From: Trypanosoma brucei
Taxonomy: Eukaryota
Direction: 5' to 3'
Assembly (NCBI GenBank): GCA_000002445.1
Contig: CM000208.1
Span: 128,001-192,000, forward strand
DNA length: 64,000 nt
Positions 11,523 to 22,300 of this stretch are shown here, piece after piece (the first letter of the stretch is position 1; the number at the start of each line of letters is the position of its first letter). The position numbers and the translations under genes were made by a program. Under the pieces are notes generated by a model that had not been told where the DNA came from, did not search any database, and worked only from the letters and a program-made list of their open reading frames with translations.

Positions 11523-11932
11523 GAAAAGAAAGGATACTGATGAGTGCAAGAAAAAAAAGAGAGAGTTGGTTAAGTGTATTAAATTTTAATTAGTTTTGTT
11601 AATGATCGTGACTGCCTTTATTTTCTTCTTTTTCTTTCTTACACCTAATTTAATGGTGAGTTGTGCTTTACTCTTTTTTTTTTTTGTGAATTTATTCTTA
11701 CCATTTAATGTTTATATGGCATCAGCATTTTATGTGCCTTCAACATAAAAAATGTGATTTTACTCGCTTTATTGTTATCCATTACACCTTTCCCTCACTT
11801 TCTCCAATACTTTATTTTAAAAATTTTTGACAAATAATATATATTTTAAAATTTTTTCTAGTCATTGACAACAGGTTAGCAACAAGATTTCAAAAAAAAA
11901 AGAAAAGAAAAAGAAGTTAAAGATAAATTAAC

Positions 11933-13243
11933 ATGAGTAGTGGTCTCGCTGACTTTGACGGAGATGATGTGCGGGCGCCAGTTGTGGCTGCGCAACCGCA
12001 TATTGGTGTTGGTCTCGGAACCCACAGTGCCGTTGCTCTCGGCGGTTTCCAAGATTTTTGTCTCAAAAGTGAACTCGCCAACGCCATTCGAGAAAACGGC
12101 TTCGAACATCCCAGTGAAGTGCAGCATCAGGCCCTTCCACAAGCCATGCTCGGTGCAGATATCCTTGCACAGGCAAAGTCTGGTATGGGTAAAACAGCCG
12201 TGTTTGTGTTTGCTTTATTGGAGCAAGTGGAAAAACCAACGGATGGGCAGCGGCCCTTCTGTCAAGCCATCGTCATTGCCCATGCACGCGAGTTGGCATA
12301 TCAAATTGAGCAGGAGTTCAAGCGTTTCAACAAATACTTGCCGCATTGTACCACTGGTGTCTTCTTTGGGGGCGTCCCTGAAGACGAGAACATAAAACAA
12401 CTCAAGAAGGAGGTTCCCGCAATAGTGGTGGCCACACCAGGTCGAATTTGTTCCCTCATTGAGCGAAAAGCTCTCGACGTGTCGCGTGTTAAGTGGTTTG
12501 TTGTTGATGAATTCGATCGCTGCCTAGAGGATGTGAAAATGCGTCGCGATGTGCAGACGGCATTCCTTAAGACACCGAAGGAAAAACAGGTGATGATGTT
12601 CTCAGCCACCATGACGGAGGAGCTGCGGAATGTGGCGAAGAAATTTATGTCGAACCCCACTGAAATCTACGTTGACCAGCGTTCCAAGCTTACACTTCAC
12701 GGGTTGGCGCAATATTACATCAATGTGACGGAGGCACAGAAACTTCGTAAGTTGTGCGACATCCTCGACGCTGTTGAGTTCAATCAAGTCATTATATTCA
12801 CTTCCACTGTTGAGCGCTGTGAGGCTCTCAGCCGTCAGCTGCAGGCTCTTAAGTTTCCCTCCAAGGCGATTCACTCTCGCATGGAGCAGGCGGAGCGGTT
12901 GGTTGTGTATGAGAGCTGCAAAACAAACCAAGCTCGTATCATCGTCGCCACAGACATCTTTGGCCGTGGTGTGGATATTGACCGTATTAATCTTGTTGTA
13001 CAGTTTGATATGGCGTCTGATGCTGACTCGTACCTTCATCGTGTTGGTCGTGCTGGTCGCTTTGGTACGAAGGGACTTACGGTGGCATTCCTCACTGAAG
13101 AGGAAAAGGAAATTAAGCGTGAGAACCGTAAATATACTGACCAGGGTATCATGAAGGAAGTGCAGGAGCGATTTGAGATGCAGGTCCAGGAACTTACTGA
13201 CATCGCCACACAACTGAACCAGAGCCAGTATATGAACCAATAG
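11933..13243 (+). CDS. SUB2: ATP-dependent RNA helicase Sub2/UAP56 (DECD-box)
   Basis: 436 aa with ATG start. The sequence is near-collinear with UAP56: FQDFCLKSEL, AKSGMGKTAVFV, VATPGRI, DEFDRCLE (DECD variant), FSAT, HRVGRAGRFGTKG. Confidence 0.9.
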   Translation: MSSGLADFDGDDVRAPVVAAQPHIGVGLGTHSAVALGGFQDFCLKSELANAIRENGFEHPSEVQHQALPQAMLGADILAQAKSGMGKTAVFVFALLEQVEKPTDGQRPFCQAIVIAHARELAYQIEQEFKRFNKYLPHCTTGVFFGGVPEDENIKQLKKEVPAIVVATPGRICSLIERKALDVSRVKWFVVDEFDRCLEDVKMRRDVQTAFLKTPKEKQVMMFSATMTEELRNVAKKFMSNPTEIYVDQRSKLTLHGLAQYYINVTEAQKLRKLCDILDAVEFNQVIIFTSTVERCEALSRQLQALKFPSKAIHSRMEQAERLVVYESCKTNQARIIVATDIFGRGVDIDRINLVVQFDMASDADSYLHRVGRAGRFGTKGLTVAFLTEEEKEIKRENRKYTDQGIMKEVQERFEMQVQELTDIATQLNQSQYMNQ

Positions 13244-14175
13244 AAAGGCGTAGTGAGTGATGGTAGCGTAAATTGGATTTACTGGTTTGGGTAGTGTGGT
13301 GAATTAAACGTGTGGAGAAAATGCGGGATGCGGGTGTTGCGAGGGACGGCATTATGAAAGGAAAATCAAGGAGAGACCAAATGAACAAAGGTGGTGAAAG
13401 TATAGTCACGCTCTGTGGAGGTGAAACTCTACTAATGATGCCGTGTTGAGGAGGAGGAGGGAAGTGGGGAATCATGTGCGCACACGTGTCTTTGCACTCC
13501 GTGCCCCGAAATAGACAAGACAACATGGGACAGCGGTAGTGCGGTGCGTTTCTTCCTCGTTTCACATGGTGGTGCAGAATTTTGTACTTTTTTTTTTTTT
13601 TCAAATATGCTGTCTCGGTCCACACATTTGTTGTTTTCCCCTCCCTTCTCTCCCCCTCTCAGCTCTTCTAACAGTTTGTGACGCTTCCACTTGTGGAGTC
13701 CGATCGCCGTATTTTCTGTTTGCTTGACCGTATTGTTTGGAATCCACTGCGTGGGGAGTTTTTCTTTGCGCGGAAATCCAACCAGTTGCGGTTCCCTCCT
13801 CTGCTTGTGTGGAGCGCAGGAAATGTGTGGGGGGGAAAGGTGAAATTGTGAGGATATAAACGTCGGCAAGACACGTAGCGGCCATCATCTGATGTAAAAT
13901 GGTTGGCGTGTGTTGTGTGATTTCCCACTCGCCCACCAACACATGGGAAAAGAGTGAGTGGATGAATAAATGGAATTTTTCGCAAACTACAAAAAGGTGA
14001 CGAGAGACGGATATATGAAGCAGGAGGGGATAAAAGGGTTTGTAGAGAGAAATTCACTTCACTTTCGGTGACCTCAGTGACGAGAAAGGGAGTAAAAAGG
14101 CATTAGATAGACTGCGCCGCTGACCTTTACACACACCCTTGCTCATGTTCTTCTCACATTCTCTGTCCTGCCCTT

Positions 14176-14211
14176 TTTGTTGTTGTTGTTGTTGTTGTTG
14201 TTGCTGCTGCT
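14176..14211. repeat. (GTT)n(GCT)n trinucleotide microsatellite
   Basis: ttgttgttgttgttgttgttgttgctgctgc seen directly. A (TA)n/(TG)n-rich block follows at 14290-14350. Confidence 0.8.
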
Positions 14212-16155
14212 TCCTTTCGCCTGTTGCTCTTATCCAATCGGTGCGCACCAACATTAACGGATATGAGGCGAGTTGCAACATGCCCTAACGGTCGTGTGTG
14301 TGCATAGATATGCATGTATATATATATATATACACATTTATACATATACGTATATAAACACAACGAAGGAAGGGCTTCAGCTTCAATTTAATCCTTTTTG
14401 TGGGGTTGAGGAGTACCGGCCTTTCAATAAAACATGAAGGAATGTACCGAAAAGGCAAAACGGAATACAAAACGGTAACTCGGAGCTGAGAGGGACGGAG
14501 GAAAGATATAAAACACCTAACTCAGAAAGGAAACTAAACGCCAACAATGAAACGAAGCAAGGACAAGTGAACGAAAGGAGAAAAGAAAAAGGGAGCTGAA
14601 CTAAAATAAAAAAGAAAGTGATAATAATAATAAGGCATTAATAAAAAATGTGAGGGAGTAAATGCTACCTATTGTAGCATCTTGGTGAATGAATCTATGA
14701 AGGGAATGAAATGAGAAAGGGGGAAGAAAAGAAAAAAAAGGTGAAGGGTAATAGCTTGCATGTGCTGTTTGTGATTTAAACGTTTGCGGGGGATAGGAGA
14801 GGAAAAAGAAGAGCTAGGGACTGTTGGAGTATACGGAAGAAAATACATTCAGCGGGGTGCGGGGGAAGAAATAAGACACATTTGATAAAAGCAGTAGCGC
14901 ACGTTTATGGGTTTGCATATGTGTTATATGGAGGCAAGAAGTCTTGGCGAAGAAGCATACGTTTACTCATTAGAACGAAAACTGCTTTGATGTTTCTTCT
15001 TCTTTTTTCCTATTTCCTCACATTCCCACCCAGGTCCTTAAGCATCACGGCATGTATCACCACGTGTCCTTCAACTCGTTTAAATCCTGAGGGATTACTG
15101 CAGCGAGGAGCGGAAGAACTGCGGAATGCACGCAACCGGTGAAAGTAAATAAAGAAAAGGGGCAAAGGGGCAAAATATATGTGAACTTCGACGTAGCTTG
15201 TGACCCCATTACAGGACCTACGTATGTATGTCGCCATACTGGTTACTTAAATGAGGCTTTTTTTTTTTGAGTCGTTCATGCTTTATTTTTATTCATTCCA
15301 TTTTCGCGCCCTTGTTATTGTTATTGTTAACTTCCCACTGGTGCTCTCCTCCCGTCGTACGCCAGATTTCTCTCCATCATTTATGCTTTGGTTTTGGCAT
15401 CCCTCGCCTCATTTCATCCCCCTTTTCTTTCCTTCCTTCCACTTAAATAAATAAATATAAATATATATATATATATGTTTAGGTTAGAGGTTTTGTTTGG
15501 TGCTAATGATCAGCATTTTAACAAGTAATTCCGTGGCAGGAACTAGAGAACATAGGAAAAAAAGGAAAGAAAAATAATGAAGTGGTGTGGGTGTGGAACC
15601 GCTCTGTTCCCCCCTCTTTTTGTTTTTTTATTTTACTCCTCCTCTTCCCAATGCCGGCTGAAGTTTGTGGGAATTTGCGCAACGGAAGGAGGAGGATGAG
15701 GAAGAATGACATATAAGCAGAGGAACTGAAGGGGATGACGTGGGAGGCCGTCACGCCTTGAAGGGATTGGAAGTACCGCCCCTTTTATTATTGGAATTAT
15801 CTGCACAACAAAGAGGATTTTTTTTTAAATTGTTTCCCTCTCTTTTTTCTTGAAGTTCACTCGGAGGGAAGGAGAGTTAGTGAAAAAAAAGGTAATGAAA
15901 ATAATAATAATATAAAATATAACCTTGAGGACAGGTGAGAGAGATGGCTTCTCCCTCCCCACACTACTGCCATATATATATATATATATTTTTTTTTTTG
16001 CATTTTTCGTGCATTTTTCTTTTTTTTCTCAGTTATCTTATCTTTTTTTTTAATATTTGGTTCTCATTTTTATATAAATACGTTAGGATTTGTTACAGTC
16101 CGTTTCGAATTGTTCACGAACATCTGTTAGTTTGCAGGGGGCACACTCGGGCGCC

Positions 16156-17250
16156 ATGAACGTTTACGGCAAGGACCAGCGAATTCATAATGGCTCCCGC
16201 ACCAAAGCGGAAAGTTGGGTAATGCATTCCTTCACCGCCATTACGGGTTTGCAAGCGTCTTGCATTGCAGTTTGTTTGTTTCGTATGCGAGGTAGGTTGG
16301 ATAATGTACTGCAAAACAGTTACTTCATTACTTCTCCATTGCAACTTAACCCGGTGTATCACTCGCAATCGTGTGCCCTGGAGGTAAATGAAGACATCGC
16401 AATGTTTCGTAATGTTACATACACCATCACAGGCGAGAATGTGGAGTACTTTTTCTCGAGAGGTGCCTTTAATACTCGGATACTGTTTTTCCTCGTTGCG
16501 ATGACTACCTTCATTGCGCTTGTTAATCACACGCTGTTGTGGTTGGATATTTCTAAGATCCGCTACCATTTTGTCGTGATACGAAAGGATCCATTGGCGG
16601 TGTTCCAAGTATCGGCTGCAGTTGCTGGAATTTTTCAGAATTACATAGTAAGTCGGGAACATAAATATATGAACGACTACTTGAACACGTGTAACGCCCC
16701 AGATCGCCCGTCCTTGCATTCCGTCACGCCGTTTATTGAGCTTTACCTGCTATTTGGAGGAACACTTGTCACTTTTTTAATAAATTTCCTAATTGCCGTT
16801 ATTCTGCGATGCCAGAAAAATCCTAAGGAGGAGCTTATTCGGGAGAATGAACTGATGCAAATGGAGAAAAGTATGACTGGAGAGCTCCCATTTTCTGGGG
16901 ATCAGTTAATGCTGTCGCAGCGTTCGCGGGGTGACGCAAATGTGAGTAACTCATCCATTCCTAATCAACGGCTGGCCCACAGCAGAGGTCCTTCAGAGGG
17001 AAAAGAATTCCGACATGTTGACCCACTCGCATCACCCACCTCCCAATTATCATTTGCCCGTCGTGACTCGGTACCAGCGAGTCGCGTATCAGTTGCGCGG
17101 GAGGGTCGACTTTCACGAGGTGAAAGTGCGAGACGGGCTCTTCCTTCTCAAGCGTCTGCATGGCCTCCGGTTAGTGGTAGAAGGAGTTTTACCGGACCCG
17201 TGTCAGCACCAGCATTTGATGATATTATTGGAGACTCGACGCATAGATAG
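16156..17250 (+). CDS. Hypothetical multi-pass membrane protein
   Basis: The track ORF 16090 begins with TTG; the first ATG is 16156 (MNVYGK). Several hydrophobic helices and a Ser/Arg-rich C-terminus. No family recognised. Confidence 0.5.
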   Translation: MNVYGKDQRIHNGSRTKAESWVMHSFTAITGLQASCIAVCLFRMRGRLDNVLQNSYFITSPLQLNPVYHSQSCALEVNEDIAMFRNVTYTITGENVEYFFSRGAFNTRILFFLVAMTTFIALVNHTLLWLDISKIRYHFVVIRKDPLAVFQVSAAVAGIFQNYIVSREHKYMNDYLNTCNAPDRPSLHSVTPFIELYLLFGGTLVTFLINFLIAVILRCQKNPKEELIRENELMQMEKSMTGELPFSGDQLMLSQRSRGDANVSNSSIPNQRLAHSRGPSEGKEFRHVDPLASPTSQLSFARRDSVPASRVSVAREGRLSRGESARRALPSQASAWPPVSGRRSFTGPVSAPAFDDIIGDSTHR

Positions 17251-18229
17251 CGAATATAGAAATGTTGAACGTGTGAATTAACTTCTCACACACCCCTTCC
17301 TTACCCCACCATTTTGCATGTTAAACCCTACATGTGTGGTCGTCCCCCTACTCTCCACCCCCCCCCCCATGCGTTCCCGCATGTCTTTTGTGGTGCATTT
17401 TTCTGCCATCTTTTATCAATTCCAAGAAATCCATTGTCCGATATATGTTGAAACATCAATCTTTTATTATTATTATTATGCTGATGATTCGGTGGGGTGG
17501 GGGACAGTTGTTGCCACTGTCATTGTTTTAACTACGGGCACTTTTCATACTCTTTTCTTTTTCGTTTGTTTAATTGTTTGCTCGTTTGTTTCGGGGGTGG
17601 GAGAGGTTAGGACTTATAATACAAAAAGAAAGCAGGAAGCTGTGGGAAATCGAGAAGGACGTCCGAAAGAAAAAAAGGGGGGTTGTAGTCATGTTGTCAC
17701 GAGGCGCAAATGTTCGATGGGAAAGCATGATATTATCGTTTATTGAGTTTTACCTGCACATCCCTATACTTGTGTGCATGTGTTTTATTACCTGTTGCCT
17801 TTACCTTTCCTACCAGTGTTCTTTTCTTTAGTGATGTACTGTATTGTTATTATTATCATTATTTATAATAGAGGCGTGATCTTTTGTGTGTTTGCTCTTC
17901 CTCCGCCCCGGCTGTTTTGTAAGGGGCGACGCTTTTCATCATTTTTTTTTTGCAAATGATTTCGTGTCGTGTAAGGAAAAAGTATCACTTCCGCAAACCA
18001 GTCGAGCAGGTGGTCTGGAGCACATGGCGACAAGTAGTAATTATTCGATGCAAATGTTTTTTTTTCTTGTGGCTTTGTGCGCTGGAAAGCGGTTGTTTCC
18101 TCTTCCGCAAACACTGTTATGTGTACTTATATATAAATAAATACATATTTATGTGTTGCGCTTTGTTTTGTCTATATATGTATGTGTGCGCGTATGCCAC
18201 GTAAAAAAAAAAAATAGGGATAAGAGCAA

Positions 18230-18754
18230 ATGACGAGCAAGCAGGAGAACTATGCGCGCACGCCCACCGTCGATCTGACGGTGCAGCACGAAAAGGCCTA
18301 TCAGCGCCAGACGGCCGTCAATGAAAACATTCGCACGGCCTCCAAGAAGCACGTGAACCGCAGTGGGCACATTCGTTACTCCAAGAAGATCGGTCTCGGT
18401 TTCGCCACGCCCAAAGCTGCCATCAACGGAAAGTACATTGACCGCAAATGTCCCTTCACAAGCAATGTGTCCATTCGTGGCCGTATCCTCCGTGGCGTAG
18501 TGCACTCCACAAAGATGCGCCGTTCCATTGTCATCCGCCGTAACTACCTGCACTTCATCCGTAAGTACCAGCGTTACCAGAAGCGCCACCGCAATATTAC
18601 CGTCCACTGCAGTCCCTGCTTCGACCCGAAGCCTGGTGATGAGGTGGTGGTTGGACAGTGCCGCCCGTTGAGCAAAACAATCCGCTACAATGTGCTGCAG
18701 GTCGTCTCCAAGTCCGCCGCCGATAAAATGGGGAAGAAATTCTCCAAGAATTAG
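18230..18754 (+). CDS. RPS11: 40S ribosomal protein S11 (uS17)
   Basis: 174 aa with ATG start. Collinear with eukaryotic S11: [77 protein letters not shown]. Confidence 0.9.
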   Translation: MTSKQENYARTPTVDLTVQHEKAYQRQTAVNENIRTASKKHVNRSGHIRYSKKIGLGFATPKAAINGKYIDRKCPFTSNVSIRGRILRGVVHSTKMRRSIVIRRNYLHFIRKYQRYQKRHRNITVHCSPCFDPKPGDEVVVGQCRPLSKTIRYNVLQVVSKSAADKMGKKFSKN

Positions 18755-19357
18755 GTGCTGGTGCTCTTTTGTGTGTTAGGGGAGTGAGTGATGGGGCGTA
18801 AACTGGCATCCCACACTGGCATTTCTCTCTACCTTTTTCCTCTTTTCTTCTTCTTTAGTCACACTCCTTTCCTTTCCATGTTGGTATGGATTATGTTTGA
18901 ATTTTTTTTTGGGGAGGGGGGAAACGGTGATGGAGGAGACAAGACGGGTGAGAGGGAAGGGGGACGAGCTGGCGGTGTCATTGACTCTTTTTCCCTTTGT
19001 TTTCTTTTTCCTCATTACTTTTACTTTCTTCGTAAATGGAGTTAATAGAATTTTACCTCATTATTACTATCCCTTTTTTTTTTGTGATCCGTTAGCACAT
19101 TTCCATCCTTGGTTATCTGTTTTGGTATCAATATTCTTTTCGATTTCCTCTTGCTGTTTCTTCTCTCTCTCCCTCCTCTTTTTCGTTGAAATGTAATGGC
19201 GGTGTTAATTCCATTGCCTTACTTACACATTGTTGATGGGTGCATGACTTCACAGGTGTACAAAAACGGTTTTGTTGTTATTTTGGAAAAGTGAAAGGAT
19301 AACCGCAGACGAAACGGCTTCTCTCCGTCAAGGCGTGGTGTGCTTTTGACGGTGAGA

Positions 19358-22300
19358 ATGGCATGGCGGTACAATAGCAATAGCCCTCCGAGGGGAAACG
19401 TAAGTGCGAACGCCTCACTTGTGTCACTCTCTTCAGCTAATAACAACAATAGAAACTTCACCGACAGTGCGGATGATAACGCGGACACATCGGCCTTGGG
19501 AAATAACAATACATTTAGAAGGGACCGAAGTGCCATGGATGGAGCAGGGGCATTTCTGCGGAGTAACGCCAAAGGCAAAATGTGGTCAAGGCAGGAAGGT
19601 CGGGATGAGACACCAGATGATGACGTGTCGAGCCGAGACGGTACATCGCCTTGCTCCATTTCCTTTGCGCGACCCAAATTAGCCCCCACCGAGAGCACAA
19701 CGAGACCCCATCGCTCGCTTATTTTCAGCAGGAATCCCAATCGAGGCGTGAGTGGTGCTGCAACGAGAAGTGGAATGGGTAGCATGAGTAGGTTAAGTGT
19801 TGACTCGGCTTTAAACACGCCACATCGCGTTGCAAGTACTCGGTGCGTGGAAGGGAGGGTTACGTCGAGTAGCATTGCAAACTGGAGGCTTCCTCGACAT
19901 TCGGGTTCTCCTCCCATCAACACCGGTGAATGCAATGGGGAAATGACTATCATTAGTGAAAGTGGGGATTTCGATGAAGATGCTACCGGGGGAGACCCAT
20001 TATTAGGTTGTGCGGATCGCAATCTCCACCGTGCAACAGAAGCCTTACTGGCAGAGGCGGATCCTGACCTCCGCGCAACTGATTTCACTCCTACGAAGCA
20101 CGTACTACAAATTGTTGTGAAGGAGGATGGAACGGAGTGCTCCGGTGCGCAAATAGATGAGCGGATCGCACCTCTGTGTGGATTACAAAATCGACTGGAC
20201 GATATGCTGGGGTTGCACATTCAGTCGCACAAGGATGTGTTCAATAAGGCTATTGGCCGATTTTCTGATATCGTATTGGCAGTTTCGGATAGTAACGAAG
20301 TGCTTGGGTTATTGAAGCAGAGACTAGGCATGGCGACAAGTTCCCTCGAGAACCGCGCCGAGCAGTTGCAAGTTCTTCGCATGCGCGCAGCGAAGGCACT
20401 TCTTATGGAGGAGTCACTAAAGCGCATGGAGGCCGCACTCGCTTCTGAGAGGGAGATAAAACAACTCGTGGCGTCACGCCATTACCTTGCTGCGGTGCGG
20501 TTGCTGCGTCAGCAAAAGGCAAGGTTGGAGTCACCCGACATGGTGAACATACGCGCCACACAGAGTATGCGGGATTTTGCCAATCACACGCTCGAAACAT
20601 TGCACAAGAATGTTTTAGATGGTTTGATGGGGTGCGTGTTTGACAAGGACCGCTTTAGCGAAGCAGACAAGCAGCTAATGGGCCGCATGGTGGCAGACGG
20701 AGCGCTAGAAAATGTCGCAGGGACTCTTAGTTTTATGGGTGATACATGTGGGGCCCTGTCCTCGCAGTGTTTCACTGGCGGTGGCGGCAAGAATGGCGAT
20801 AGTGACTTTGTTTCCCTAGACGGTATTGTAGACGATCCGTGCGATGAGGGTATGGTGAAAAACCACTTGCATTTCATTCCGTTGTGTGTTAAGACGCTGA
20901 AGGAGCTTGGGAAACTCGATCAGTGTTGCGAGGCTTTTCGTTCTGGTGCCACGCGTAGTATTGAGCAATGCGTGGCAAATTTTCTTTCACTTTACGACAC
21001 ATGGAGGCGAGACGCTGAGTCATCAAAATGTGTTGGCAACAATGACGATATGGGCTCCACCGTTCGGATTTTAGAACTTCAAGGACGAGATGTTGCGTCG
21101 TGTACTGTTTCACATGATGAAGCGGTCGCCCTTATTCAACAGCGGGACCTCTGCCCCTTACTCAACGCTCTTTTTACGGAACTTGAGAGGGTCGTGCGTA
21201 ATGCAGACTACCTTGTTAGGGTCGTACTCTTGGCCTATTTTCCGTTCCTTACCGACGTACCGCCACGATCTGAGGTTTTTGACGATAACTTTTCTTGTCA
21301 TGAGTGGGACGTCACTCAATCGCCGCTGCGCACAAAGAATGAACTGCGTGATATAGTAGTACGTACCCTTGCTGAAGCCATTTCACGGCATAGTGAGGAT
21401 TCAGTTAGCAGCGAAACCCCAGAGAGCCGGAGGTTAGCGGCTCTAAAGCGACTTATGGCCAAGTTTGACGTCGACAAGGCGCTGAAGGGTTCATCATCGC
21501 ACGACGCACCAACGTCAAAAAAAGGCTCTCTAAGGCAAGGAAGTGTAGATGATGGATCCATCAGGTGTGAGAGTAACAATGCCGTTTGCTTGGGCGACGT
21601 GCTGACTTCACTAAATGCGGCAGCCTTCTTGGCCGTGGAGGAATTTCCAGATGGCAGTGAAGAAGTGCCAGCGTGTTGTGAGCGTCTGAGCAAGGCCATA
21701 AGCAGTGCAGTGCAAGACTCATTTCGTTCGTATATGAGGGAAATCTACCTCGATTGGGACTTGTGTGCCTTATCATCCCAACTAAGTTATACTGTTGAGC
21801 TCGTCTTCAAACTTATTTGTTCCAATGATGCGGCCACCAGCAGTAAGAGCGACGCGACCGCCGTGAATTTATCTAAACAAAACCTGAAGCATCGGAGGAC
21901 AACCTCCCGCAGCTGGTGGCAAATTGATAGCATTGGCGGCAGTCACACTAACGAAACATTTACCTCTCTAGACAAAATGCTATCATCTCATGGCTCCTCG
22001 GGCCTGCTTTCTGCAATAGAGCAAATTGGTGGCGTGTCCTTCAGCATCGTCTCCACGGTAAATGCCTCTTCAGTTGAGCAAGTTCGTGCAAAAGACAAGA
22101 AACATTTGCACTCAGGGGCTGGTACGAGGATTATTTCATCATTTGGCGAGGTGCAGGGAGCTGCCGCACCTCTCAAGTCGGCAGCGAGACTACGAAATTG
22201 GTTCATGTTTACACCAATGAATATTTTGGCGTGCTATGACTGTACGGGTCACTTTTTCAAGCGGTGGAAGTCCTACAAACTCTATTTTGCTACTGTTCCT

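Noticed and set aside
12602-13240. 212-aa minus-strand ORF
   Set aside because: Antisense to the highly conserved SUB2/UAP56 coding sequence; this is a mirror ORF of a constrained gene.
13194-14057. Three overlapping minus-strand ORFs (129-145 aa) in the gap after SUB2
   Set aside because: They overlap each other in different frames. Their composition is low-complexity (poly-Q from the (GTT)n repeat, P/S-rich). They lie on the wrong strand for this polycistron. No homology recognised.
18149-18607. 152-aa minus-strand ORF
   Set aside because: Antisense to ribosomal protein S11; artefact.
19219-20220. 333-aa minus-strand ORF
   Set aside because: It is entirely antisense to the N-terminal region of the Sec8-like + strand gene. 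Its composition is Ser/Pro/Arg-rich with no domain. Genes on the opposite strand within a polycistron are not expected in trypanosomatids. Treated as an antisense artefact.
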